Positions 49,111 through 61,192 of a stretch of 64,000 nt of DNA are shown in pieces. The notes beneath the pieces are model-generated. The model saw only the letters and a program-made list of their open reading frames with translations. It was not told where the DNA came from and searched no databases. How positions within the stretch are numbered: position 1 is the stretch's first letter; each line of letters opens with the position of its first letter. This DNA comes from Squalus acanthias (Eukaryota): positions 71,674,001-71,738,000 of the forward strand of contig CM059432.1 in assembly GCA_030390025.1 (NCBI GenBank), in the 5' to 3' direction. A program made the translations under genes and the position numbers.

Positions 49111-49939
49111 AAGGCTTAGATGTGAACAACTTTTATCAATGACATACTCAAAACTAAAAATATTTAAGTCTGTTATATAATCTGGACAAGTGCTTTTTTC
49201 AAACTGCAGAGAACTTGTTAAGTTATTAATAAAAATCAGTATGACAATGCAACCCTTGCAAATAGGAGAGCTGCAAATTGAAGCACTTTCTACTTTGTGT
49301 TCTTACACAGCTTAAGAACTCAAGTTAGAGCTCTTTAAGAATAAGAACAAATGAAAATAAATATTTTATGTAAGAAGCCTTAAAAATAGCTTGAGCTGAA
49401 TTAAATTATATTTTACAGCAATAGCACACAAAATGAAAGCATTACTCCTAATGACACCAATATGCCCATCTACATAGAAGAACTAGACCAGTGAATAATT
49501 TCCAGCATCCGTAGTATTTTGCTTTTGTATCAGTGAATAATTATGTAGCTTTGCCTGAAAGCACAAATAGTATACAGACAGGAACACAGAGTAAGAATAT
49601 AACCAAAGCAGTAACAAAGTCAAAAAACAAGATTTGCTGCATTAAGCTAGAAGTTTACATTACTACTAGAAGAACAATAGCAACGTTCAGATCAGTTAAT
49701 TTAGATCTTCAAAAATTCCCAGTACACGCACTCAGAACCTTTTGATTCAAATTCCAATCCTTCCATCTTTGCACCTGTTTTTGCAGTTGTTCCTTCAATG
49801 TTTACTTTCAACATCTATTCAAAGATAAAAAATTGTGCTTGAACTGCAAGGTGCATCCATATTAGAGTTTTTTTTAAATAAAAAACAATTACCGCAGGTC
49901 TCAGTTTTTAATCTTGATTTAAAACGATCCCTGGTGAAT

Positions 49940-50260
49940 GCCCTTGATGGCTTAGTGGGTAATGCATCACCTAAAATGGTACTGAGCCATATGTATGTAG
50001 CATGAGGTATAAGGTTCAATCCCCAGTCTGCCGAGTTGGCTGATTTTCATTCGGGCAGTAGTAGGGGTTCTACAGCTGGTTTCAAAGTTCAAGTAGGATT
50101 CCTGCTCCTATTCACTACCCAGTGGCCCCTGCTGAAAGTGTTGAATAGTCTGTCACTCACTATCAAGGCTCACCCACAAAGACTGGCCATTTGAGCAAGG
50201 TACCCGAGGGTTGTCAACACTTGTGGAATCAATCATAAAACACCACAAGTCAGTGCCTTC
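49940..50260 (+). mobile_element. Old tRNA-derived SINE
   Basis: GATGGCTTAGTGGG (A-box-like), GGTTCAATCCC (B-box-like), then ACCCAGTGGCCCCTGCTGAAAGTG..CACTATCAAGGCTCAC. Confidence 0.6.
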
Positions 50261-51065
50261 AGAAGAAGTTTGGGGGGGGGGGGGGACACAGAAAAATCCC
50301 CAGTATCCTAACGCCATCCTACCCGATGTGCTCACATGTCTAATCATTCATTATTGCCTAGCTAGGACATGCTAAATGTTCAATAATATTTTAAATAAAG
50401 CAGTAGTGCTGTAATATATATGGCAGGTTCAATTCAAATATGACTATTCACAATTTTATGCTAGAATTTAGAAATTGAAAGAAAAAAATACATTGGTTAA
50501 CAGTTCAGTAATGGACGCCTAAATGAGCGTTTACTCATTTACACAAAGCTATGGGTTATGTGTTGTAGTGCCATAAGAAAGGAACTGATTTCTCTATATG
50601 GTTACTTTCAATTCCTGTTTTTGTAAAGAGGTCATTAAAAAAGAGAATATTCCAGTTTTTATTTTAACAGTATACCTCATCCTATCTGAGTTAGAAGGAG
50701 AAAAAAAATCTAGTTCTTAAACAGTAGCTTAGACTATCAGCTGAATGTAATGGAACTTGGTTCCATAATTCTGCGGCCATAAGTTATTAACTTAAACATT
50801 TTATAAACATTCACATTAACACATTAAACTTGGCTAAAGTTCATACAAAACAAATAATACTGTTTTATCAGCCCAAACCTGCAATTTTGAAATCAGGATT
50901 AGTTCTACTGAAACCTAGTTTCTTGCTCTACAATGCCATCCACACCTAAACTCGTCTTCACACACATAAATCAGCATGATTCCAACCGAACGAGGATAAA
51001 AGTTAATTTGTACCAATTATGGACACTTTTTTTGCTTTTACATTGAAACGGTGAGTTGGGAATCT

Positions 51066-51340
51066 CTACTCGGTTTTAATGGATTTCAAATCTGGCAGCT
51101 TCTCAAGCAACATTTTGTGGGCAACACCAATACTAGCAACAATTCCACCTTCATTCAACTCAGTATCAGTATAATCAATAGCCTTTCCTTGGAGAGTTGT
51201 CATTTGACCACCAAGTGCTTCCAAAAGGGCATTGCCAGCACAGATGTCCCACTTCTTGATATTAGTTACATGAAGGTACACATCAGCATGGTCAGGCTGT
51301 TTATCATCAGGTATATTCAGCAGGGACAGCACTTTATAAC
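51066..51340 (-). CDS. BPNT2: Golgi-resident PAP 3'-phosphatase (IMPAD1/gPAPP), last coding exon
   Basis: Acceptor [47 protein letters not shown] then TAG at 51068-51066. Confidence 0.96.
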
Positions 51341-52036
51341 CTACAAAAAATACAAGATGTTGGTAAATTTTCTTTAGCAAAAAATTGAAATGAACTCAAG
51401 AAATTCAAGATGTAATAAAAAGGCCCCAGTTCTCAATGGTTTGGATTTTGCTTCATTTTTCTTAGGCCAGTAGTTTTGAACATTTGCCCAGTATGATGTC
51501 CATATCTCCAAGTTCTGGATCATATACATCAATACTACATCTTAACTATATCAGTATTTGCACAGCTTTCATGTTACAATTCTTAAGTATCATACAAAAC
51601 AGTATTCAAAAGCCACCAGCAACCCTCCCAAAAAAGGTAAAAAGGAATAGGATGTTGAGCGATGAAGCAATAACGTACTTCAAATGTAGTGTTCACACTT
51701 GGCTGTCAGAGTTTCTGGAGACCACTGTCAACTAACAGAGTGATCACGTTGAACCCCTGTGGAACATGCCTGTGAAGTTTGTTCAGATTTGTGGTGCCAA
51801 TGAAGGATCTGATCACCATTATCCTCTTTGAACAATGAAACTACAAGAACAAAACCACTCATCTCCTGTTGTTTTCATTACTAACTTTTCACTAAATGAA
51901 TTATCACTTGTTATCTATGGAGTGAATACGAGAGAAATTTTTAATAATTTAAGTCCCAGACTATTATAATGAATTACAATAAACTGTGTAAAATAAAGAC
52001 TTAAAAAAAGAATCTGTATTTTCCACCTAATCTTAC

Positions 52037-52198
52037 CTGCCCCTCCGGCTTCTCTAATGTCACTGTCATTTCCAAATGCCTTTTGGGCAAATGCTTTCCC
52101 TGCGCCTGTATGTGACCGGGAAATTATAATTTTGGGGTCCTTCTCGTTGTATGATTTACGCATGCTCACATTTGATCCTCCGTGTACCATTGCCCATG
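52037..52198 (-). CDS. BPNT2: BPNT2 internal exon (162 nt)
   Basis: CTGACAG|CA TGG..; [24 protein letters not shown]; donor GTAAGA. Phase is compatible with both neighbours. Confidence 0.96.
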
Positions 52199-52854
52199 CT
52201 GTCAGACAGAAAAAGAATTACCATTAAGACAACCATACAATTCTACTTTCTATTTTGTTGCATAATGGCTTTTTAAATATTTAGAAATTTAAAACATATT
52301 GTTGACTTAATTGCACATATATGCCCATCTCTTGGACATTTTATTAATTTGCCGGCATGCTTAAAATATTTAATTTACCCACTGAGAGCAGAGTTCTGAG
52401 TAGGTTTGTAATCTGGGAATGGTACCTACAATTCTACAAATATGACAGGGAGGGATAAAATTAAAAATCGAAAAAATGAAAAATTGAAAAAAAATTACAC
52501 AATAAATTGAGCGAGTGAGAGAGAGTGAGGGCAAGAGAGAAAAAGTTTCAAGTGCGACTCCACATCAGAGCTGAGGACTGTTTGATTAAGGTCACACCTG
52601 AAACCTTAACCCAACTTATTCTCCCAGATCAACCTTCTGTGATGTTCAAACATTTTGTTTTTATAATGCAAGGGAAGGGAGCTGCGAGAGGAGTCAATAA
52701 ATAAGTGAACAAAGAATACATAAACAAGACTATTTTGAAGAAATTATGACAGCAAAAGCAAGAAAAATAAGAAAAAATGAATAATAGGAAGACAGCAAAA
52801 AAGGATGTTAAAATAACAAGCAATGAACTCTTCTAGACTGATTTTTGAGATATA

Positions 52855-53351
52855 CAGGAAACTCTTTGTATCCGGCACTGACGGGACCGGCGTGGTGCCG
52901 GTTGATCAAAAGTTCCGGATAACGGAGAGTTATATCTACCGAGGCTACTTTTAACAAACAAAAATAAAAAAATCAAGAAATGTGCAGTATACAGTATTTG
53001 GGTACTCACCTACAGAATATTGTGTTAAATGGATGGTGGAAGATGCTTGATTAAGTACAGTACTGCCAGTTGAGGGTAATCCATAACTCTTTAATTACTT
53101 AACAGTAAGTGAGACTCCCGGCAGCGCGGGAGAATCAGACTCCTGTTACTGCAGTGTTCGGACTTCCGACAGCGCCAGGAGGCCGAGTAGTGGCACTTTG
53201 GAGAACTACCCCCACTGACTAACTCGGCGTTCGCGGGAGACTCAGACTCGGCAACATTGCCGGTTATTTGAGAGGCGTTTTCGGAGTATGATTTTTGCCG
53301 GTTAAGAGAGAATTCCGGATATTTAGGTGCCAGTTAAACAAGAGTTTCCTG
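52855..53351. mobile_element. 497-bp Tc1/mariner-pogo-type MITE in a BPNT2 intron
   Basis: TA|CAGGAAACTCTT ... AAGAGTTTCCTG|TA: 12-bp perfect TIR that extends imperfectly to GGCAC, with a TA TSD. Confidence 0.85.
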
Positions 53352-53367
53352 TAATTGCTTTCCATAC

Positions 53368-53463
53368 CTGTAAAATCAGCAAATGGCTTATGTATTACTC
53401 CAATCACTGGTTTTCCATTCACGGCCACGCACACCATAGTGGTGACATAATGTAAAAGTTTTT
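53368..53463 (-). CDS. BPNT2: BPNT2 internal exon (96 nt)
   Basis: TGTGCAG|; [31 protein letters not shown]; donor CAG|GTATGG. Confidence 0.96.
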
Positions 53464-54491
53464 CTGCACAAGAGACAAAAAAAAAAACACAATGATAAGC
53501 TATCCATATTTTTCTTTTGTGCTGCAATGCATTTCAATTTTGAATTCCAATTTTGTTCCACTGCCGGTTAATTTTCCCTTTTCTTTGAAAGGCAACGCTG
53601 GAGATATTCAAATTAGGTCTCAAGGTTACAAATGCAGCGTCGGATTCCAGAACAAGCCGATAAAGCTCACTCGAGTTTCAGGAGAACTGGAGCTCACACC
53701 TGCCTAAAGATTTTCCATGTAAAGTAATCAAACTCCTTTCTGAACCTCACACAAATTCATACTTAACTTTCTCAGTCCTATAAAAACTTTACTCGGACTG
53801 TTGTAACATGGAAATCAGTACTAGAAATATTTGACTTATTCAAGTAGCAGTAGATTGAAAATCTTATATAATTAATGAATTTGATTAGGTGGATGTCTGA
53901 AGCAGGGTTCCATGTGATTATGAACTGCTGTAAAGCCTATGATAGATGTACTGTTTCAGTCAGGCAATGGAACCTCTGGTGTCCTGCAGAACAAAAGCTG
54001 CTGTGACATTATAAAAATAAGTCCAATTTCAGAAATTATACTTGTAACATATACTGGATGCAATGTGTTATTCTGTATACTGTAATCTGTAGAAATTAGT
54101 GGTTCCTACCTTCTTGCCACATTTGACATACTGTTTTGGCTTTCATTTTGCTAGTGGTGTGCATTGCATTGCAGACTGGATAGATAATTAGTTCCCATAT
54201 GATTAAGCCAGAGGTGATTAGATGCGTGGTTGCATGGGGAATTATTTCAATGCCTGATATAACTTCTGCATATCACTGTGCAAATAATTAGTTCAAAGGT
54301 GTGTCTTTATTATAGCTTTCAGCATCTTACAGCTGGTCCCATGTTTACAGATGGCATCACTAAGGTGTGGCATCTACATAGGAAGTAATCAAGGATGGAG
54401 CCTTGATGCACGGTGGAGGTGACTGTGCAAGTATGGGAGAAGAAACCATTGCAGATGTGCTTGCTGTACTGGGACAGGTCGAAGTGGAATT

Positions 54492-56390
54492 CTGGGGTAG
54501 AGAATTCTAAAGATTCACCACTATCTGAGTAAAGAAATTTCTCCACATCTCAGTCCTAAATGGCTGACCCCTTATTCTGAGACTGTGACCCCTGGTTCTA
54601 GACTCCCCAGCCAGGGGAAACACCCTCCCTGTATCTACCCTGTCAAGCCCTGTAAGAATGTTGTATGTTTCAATGAGATCACCTCTCATTCTTCTGAACT
54701 CCAGAGAAGATAGGCCGAGTCTACTCAATACCTCCTCACAGGACAATCCCCCCATCCCAGGAACCAGTCTGGTGAACCTTTGTTGCACTCCCTCTATGGC
54801 AAGTATATCCTTCCTTAGGGAAGGAGACCAAAACTGTACACAATACTCCAGGTGTGGTCTCAGCAGGGCCCGTGATAATTGCAGTAAGACGTCTTTACTC
54901 TTATACTCAAATCCTCTTGTAATAAAGGCCAACATACCATTTACTTTCCTAATTGCTTGCTGTACCTGCATGTTAACTTTCAGTGATTTGTGTACAAGGA
55001 CACCCAGGTCCCTCTGAGCGCCAACATTTCCCAATCTCTCACCATTTAAAAAATATTCTGCTTCTCTATTTTTCTTATTAAAGTGGATAACTTCACATTT
55101 CTCCTCCATTTGCCATGTTCTTGCCCACTCACTTAGCCTGTCTATATCCCCTTGAAGCCTCCTTGCATCCTCCTCACAACTTACATTCCCACCTAGCTTT
55201 GTATCATCAGCAAACTTGGATATATTACATTTGGTGCCCTCATCCAAATCATTGATGTAGATTGTGAATAGCTGAGGTCCAAGCACTGATCCTTGCGGTA
55301 CCCCACTAGTTACAGCCTGCCAACCCAAAAATGGCCCGTTTATTCCTACTCTCTATTTTCTGTCCGTTAACCAATCCGCTAGTATATTACCCCCAATCCC
55401 ATGAGCCCTAATTTTGTTTAATAACCTCTTGTGTGGCACCTTATCGAATGCCTTCTGAAAATCCAAACACACCACATCCACTGATTCCCCCTTATCTATT
55501 CTGCTAGTTACAACTTCAAGAAACTCTAACAGATTTGTCAAACACGATTTCCCTTTCATAAATCCGTGTTGACTCTGCCCAATCCTATTATTATTTTCTA
55601 AGTACCCTGTTACCATGTCCTTAAATAGATTCTAGCATTTTCCCTACTACTGATGTCAGACTAACTGGTCTGTAGTTCCCCGTTTTCTTTCTCCCTCCTT
55701 TCTTAAATAGTGGGGTTACATTTGCTACCTTCCAATGCGCGGAAACCATTCTAGAATCTATGGAATTTTGGAAAATGACAACCAATGCATCCACTATCTC
55801 TATAGCCACCTCTTTCAAAACCCTAGGATGTAGGCCATCAGGTCCAGGGGATTTATCAGCTTTCAGTCCCATTAATTTCTCCAGTATTATTTTTTTTACT
55901 AATACTAATTTCTTTCAGTTCCTCATTCTCGCTAGATCCTCCAGTTTCGCCAGGAAGTTTTTTGCGTCTTCTTCCGTGAAGACAGATGCAAAGTATTTGT
56001 TTAATTTCTCTGCCATTTCCTTATTCCCCACTATAATTTCTCCTGTCTCAGCCTGAAAGGGATCCACATTTATTTTCCCTAATCTTTTCCTTTTTACATA
56101 CCTATAGAGGCTGTCACGGTCTGTTTTTATGTATCTCGCTAGTTTACTCTCATATTCTATTTTCCTTTTCTTTATCAATTTCTTGGTCCTCCTTTGCTGA
56201 ATTCTAAAATCCTCCCAATCCTCAGGCTTACTACTCTTTTTGGCAACATTATAAGCCTCGTCCTTTGATCTGATACTATCTTTAACTTCTCTTGTTAGCC
56301 ACGGTGGGAACCACTTTTCCCATGGGGTTATTGTGCCTTAAAGGAATGTATATTTGTTATAAATTATGTATTAATTCTTTAAATGCTAAC
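54492..56390 (-). mobile_element. CR1 ORF2 fragment (RT), frameshifted
   Basis: ORFs 54507-55328, 55353-55616, 55621-55872 and 55915-56178 carry CR1 RT motifs. Confidence 0.9.
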
Positions 56391-56539
56391 CAGGGAGAAT
56401 GGGATCCCGTAGGCCCTGTCGAATTTAACAGCAGGACATGATTTGAATAGGAAGCCTCGGTTTCCCACCCGCACCCAGCCAGATCGAGAGGCTGGCTGGA
56501 TCCAGGTGGGTAGGCCTGCGGCACTAGGCCGCACAGAGG

Positions 56540-57380
56540 AGGGAGGGGAGGGATTGCATGGGGGCCAGGGTCGGGCGGAGGCAGGGGGGGGGGTTCTGAA
56601 AAGATCGGGGTCGGCCTGGTGGAGCAAGGTTGGGGGGAAATCACGACAAGATCAGGGTCAGCTTGGAAGAGCAGGGGAGGGATTGCAAAAAGATCAAGGT
56701 TGACCTGGAGGAGAGGGGGGCGCAAAAATAATCGGGGGTCAGCCTGGAAGAGCCAGGGGCGGGAAATCGCAAGTAGATTGGGGTCAGTCTGGAGGAGCTG
56801 GGGCTGGGGGGCGGGGGGGGGGGAGGGATCCCGAGACCACGAAAAAAATCGGGGGACAGCTCACTCTCTCCACCACCGGCGTATCGTGGCTGCAGTGTGT
56901 ACCATCTACAAGATGCACTGCAGCAACTCGCCAAAGCCTCTTCTGCAGCAGCTCTCAAACCCACGACCTCTTCCACCTAGAAGGACAAGGGCAGCAGGCG
57001 CATGGGAACACCACCACCTCCAAGTCACACACCATCCTGACTTGGAAATATATCGCCGATCCTTCATCGTCGCTGGGTCAAAATCCTGGAACTCCCTACC
57101 TAACAGCACTGTGGGAGTACCTTCACCACACGGACTGCAGCGATTCAAGGCGGCTCACCACCACCTTCTCAAGGGCAATTAGGGATGGGAAATAAATGCT
57201 GGCCTTGCCAGCGACGCCCACATCCCATGAACGAATTTTTAAAAAGCCTGGAGGAGCAGGGGTTGGGGTGGGGGATGCGAAAAGATCGGGGTCAGCAGGT
57301 GGGGCATTGCGAAAAGGTCGGGGGCGGTGGGGGGAATCACAGAAAGATCGGGGTCGGCCTGTAGGAGTAGGGGTAGATTG
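56540..57380 (+). repeat. G-rich degenerate minisatellite (~40-bp unit AAAGATCGGGGTCRGCCTGG...), probably a MITE interior
   Basis: The unit recurs at roughly 56600, 56650, 56690, 56730, 56775, 57280 and 57345, and is interrupted by a family Z fragment. Confidence 0.65.
56861..57245 (+). mobile_element. Family Z LINE 3' end
   Basis: HSLHHRRIVAAVCTIYKMHC..HHHLLKGN plus the family 3' UTR. Confidence 0.85.
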
Positions 57381-57839
57381 CGAAAACTCCAAGTTTACAT
57401 CCTGCAAAAACAAGCAGACAACGGTACAGCAAGGGAAAAGCGGAGGGCAAGCTAATCTCTGAACTCACCGAGATCAACAGACTTTTTTGCCTAACTGTAC
57501 ACCTCACTGCACAGGAAATATCATACCAGCTTGCCAAGCTTTCCTTCTCATAAGGACTCCCTAGTCTCAGCCAAGCAGCAATATCAAGCCCTCAATCTGG
57601 CATGGCCCCCTTGATGGCTACCCAACTGTCGGGGAATTCTACTGAGCTGACACGCCTCTGCTGAAATTATTTAATCACATTGAAGTAACAAGCTGCTTCT
57701 TTCAAGACTGCCACATTAATACACATCTGCTTATCTTGGATTCATATCCCTGTTCGAATGGACGATAAAGGACTGGACTGGAAGTGTCGCCCCAGGCATA
57801 GCTCATGCCACGCAAATAAGATTCATATGATGCTACCAC

Positions 57840-58040
57840 TCAGGCGACATCAGACACCCAAGTCATGAATTGCACCACTGCAACTGAACCAACAACCTTG
57901 CCCTAGTGCTCTCACTAGACAGAGAAGGCATTTGACTGGGTGGAGTGGGAATTCTTGTGAATTAAATTCTACACTCGAGCCCCACATCTGCTGTATGCAC
58001 CAATGCCCCCAGGTCTCCAACACTCTCCTTCCACCAGAGA
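57840..58040 (+). mobile_element. Ancient L1/Tx1-like RT remnant
   Basis: CTCACTAGACAGAGAAGGCATTTGACTGGGTGGAGTGG translates SLDREKAFDWVEW, matching the L1 motif SLDAEKAFDRVEW. Confidence 0.55.
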
Positions 58041-58079
58041 ATAGACACAGGTGTTTTTCATCTCCCATTCTCTTGGCTT

Positions 58080-58512
58080 TAACATAATATAAGAAACAGG
58101 TGCATTAGTAGGCCATATGGCCCCTCAAACCTGCTCAGCCATTCAATAAGATCATGGCTGATCTTTGACCTCAACTCCACTTTCCCTGCCTGATCTCCAT
58201 ATCTCTTGATTCTGCTAGAGTCCAAAAATCTATCTATCTCAACCTTGAATATACACAACGACTGAGCCTCCATAGCCCTCTGGAGTTGAGAATTCCAAAG
58301 ATTCACAACCCTCTGAGTGAAGAAATTTCTCCTCATCTCAGTCCTAAATGGCCAATCCCTTATCCTAAGACTATGCCCCCTCGTTCCAGCCAGGGAAACA
58401 GCCTTGCTGCATTTACCCTGTCAAGCCCTCTCAGAATCTTTATTGTTTCAATGAGATCACCTCTCATTCTCCTAAATTCCAGAGAGTATAGGCCCATTCT
58501 ACTCAATCTTCT
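58080..58512 (-). mobile_element. CR1 3' fragment
   Basis: MRRNFFTQRVVNLWN..FKVEIDRFL plus a CR1 3' UTR. Confidence 0.85.
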
Positions 58513-59311
58513 CCTGCCTGCAACCCTGCTTTCAGTCTCATTCTCCCAATTTAATAAAATATAATCTATTCCTGATGCCTAGCCTCACTTTTCTCCCTCA
58601 TTCCCTGCAGAACTTAAGTGTTTGTTCACCAGTGAAGATGGCAGATGGTGTGTCGTGGAAGAACATGATCACGGCAGGAACCACAAACATGACAGACAAG
58701 CTGGGGCTGGCAAATTACATGCAGCAGGACTCTGTCCAATACTGGACTAGTTTAGCAAGCTGCCAAGTAAACAAGCAAAATACATTTTATTTTACATTCT
58801 GCGCAGGTAGTAAGTGGCAGAGAGCAACCGCTCCCTCTCTTTTTAAAAGTCCTGGTTCTGCTTTTTCTTTTTTCCCGAAGCTTCTTTCATTTTTCGTATC
58901 TCCATTTTCCAATGATTTTTCTGTCAGCTCCTTTTTAGCCCATTCTGTGCTTTTTCTCTTTCCCTACTTTTTTTTTTTAAAAACCCCATTCTGCTTCATA
59001 AGACTTTTACCAAGCTGAAATGAATTTTTAAAAGAACAGTTCTCAAAATCTATATTGCTTTAAAACAGTGTGTCCTCCAATTCCCATGAATAGCAACATG
59101 GGAGATCTACAATTAAAAATCTTGTACATAACAGCCACTTCCTATCCACAAACCTTACTTCCTGCCGTCACAATTTTTGTCAAAAGATTACAATGTAAAA
59201 ATTGTATGTCAACATTTATAATGGCAATTTTTCTATGCGAACTGTTCTCTGTCACAATGTAGTTGCAGGCTCTGGCCACTAGATGGCATGGAGGCTTAAG
59301 TCTCCCAACAG

Positions 59312-59465
59312 CCACCTAGAATTTCCACGGGGTTTCTCCTGATCATCTACTGAAACTACGTTGGAAGATCAGCAGGAACCCAGAGACATGGCCATTGTTC
59401 TACTGGGGGGGTTTCCAGTGAAGTTTGACAGATGATCGTGAGAGCGCCTTTGGAAATTCTACCCC
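59312..59465. mobile_element. Short degenerate MITE
   Basis: TAGAATTTCCA ... TGGAAATTCTACCCC inverted ends with internal palindromes. Confidence 0.5.
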
Positions 59466-60851
59466 TGTATTTCCAAGTTGTTCTGAATGTCCCTTTCCTT
59501 TTCACAGGAAATTTATTGCTTTAAATTTTATCTTTCTATTTTTCTTCCATAAATTTATTTTGATTTATTCCTGCTCTCATCCTTTGTGTCGCCCTCCTGG
59601 AGTATGCAGCCATCTTCCCTCTTCCAGTTCCTCTTTACCCCACTGGTCTCCCCCTTGCCACAGTCAAGGTCTCGAACATTCCCAGTACCTGGCCTCCTCT
59701 TTTCTTCACTGTCTTGCTGTTCAGCATACGCCTCTGCCCTGAGTCTTCTTATCTCTCTCCTGGTCGCTGCACAATATCACTCCCATTTCTCCCTTTGCAG
59801 CCTTGCCACTAAACCTGCAGCTGTGCGAATTGCATTCTTCACTTGATTTTCGAGCCCAATACCATACATTGCCCCCTATCCGAGACCTCACCTCCTCTTT
59901 CCTCCTTCCCAGCACTCTGCCAACACGCAGCAATCCATTTTCAAAGGACCCATAGCACTATCATTTCTCTATAATGCTATAACCACTTTAACAACAAATT
60001 GCTGCTTCCTAGCTTAGTACTAGGAATCAACTTTTAAAATATGCTATGAGTGGAATGGGGCAACAAGTCTCGGCTCCAACCTCAATCCCATCCCACAACT
60101 TTCTACAGCTGAGGTTCTATCCCATCATCACCCTCAGCCTCTGCTGTCATCTTGGCTCAGACCCAGCCCTACTCCTCTTACTTCCCAACACTAAGCTCAC
60201 CAACTCCCACCCCACACACCCACCCTAAACCATTTCCCTATCCCTCATACCACACAATACTTACCAATTCCCAAGATGACTGCCCATTTCTTCCCACCTC
60301 TAGCAGGATCCATTTCCAACCAGCATTCCACATACTCCACCAGAAAATTCATCCTATGCCCACGCTCCCTCCTGACAGTAGCAACCTGAAGCCCAAAAAC
60401 AACCTACCAGCTCTCGGCACGATCCTAGCCCACCTAATGCCCTACAACTCAAAATACTTCCTTTCCTGACACAAACCCAATATCTCCCACCTTAAAAGAC
60501 AGAAATACAACCAAAAGATGACATGAAATAAACAGACAGGTGGAGAGAGATGAGGGGGAAGGGACGAGAGAGACACACACGCACACACAGTAGACACGAG
60601 AGGAAAAAGACAGAACGTATTCTCTGACTTACCATGATCAATGCTACAGATAATCCACCAGTTAAAAAAAATCAATGTAGAACCTAAATCACACATTATA
60701 AGGGCCTGATTTTCATACATGCAGTTCAGAATACTACAGTGGCCTTAAATAATTCTGATCAACAATTACTACTTTATTAGTGTATATCATTGTATTTAAT
60801 TTCCAGGCAAAATATTACCAGACACACCAAATGCAATAATAGATATCATAC

Positions 60852-61014
60852 CTGTATATTCCAGGGTGGCATCAAGCGGATCAATCCAGATTGTAATGCT
60901 GTCAGAAGAGACTTCTTCAGTCGTGGTCGCCTTGTCCAGGATTTCCTTTGGAATTGCATGATCCCATGAAGCAATCTCTGGTGTGGTACCAATATCCCGT
61001 TCTTCAGAGAACAC
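60852..61014 (-). CDS. BPNT2: BPNT2 exon (163 nt) with the metal-binding DPLDAT motif
   Basis: CATTAG|GTG TTC TCT GAA GAA; VFSEE..ITIWIDPLDATLEYT; donor CAG|GTATGA. Confidence 0.96.
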
Positions 61015-61192
61015 CTAATGCAAAAGTCACAGCAATTTCCATGAGATTCATTTGGCTGTCAATTTCCAATGCCTTGCAAGGTGTGCTATTCCGTTACAGC
61101 ATGTAACAAAGTAGAACCTAATATTATCACATTTCATATCTATGGTACTTCAGTTCAAGTCACATTATTCAAATGCAGGGGATGTTATTAAA

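Larger units (their letters stand above)
45510..51065 (-). other. BPNT2: Putative long 3' UTR of BPNT2
   Basis: AT-rich and TE-poor tract after the stop codon. Minus-strand AATAAA at 45529-45534 close to where TE-dense DNA resumes. Other candidate signals exist more proximally. Confidence 0.45.

Noticed and set aside
49940..50030. tRNA gene
   Set aside because: A- and B-box-like motifs are present, but there is no cloverleaf and the sequence continues into a SINE body.
52578..52630. Possible third hammerhead (GGTCACACCTGAAACCTTAAC)
   Set aside because: The CUGANGA core is absent (TTGATTA) and the stem III palindrome is broken.
58575..60720. ORFs in the BPNT2 intron as extra exons or a nested gene
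   Set aside because: Low complexity with no homology cues. The 60852 and 53463 exons already join in frame.
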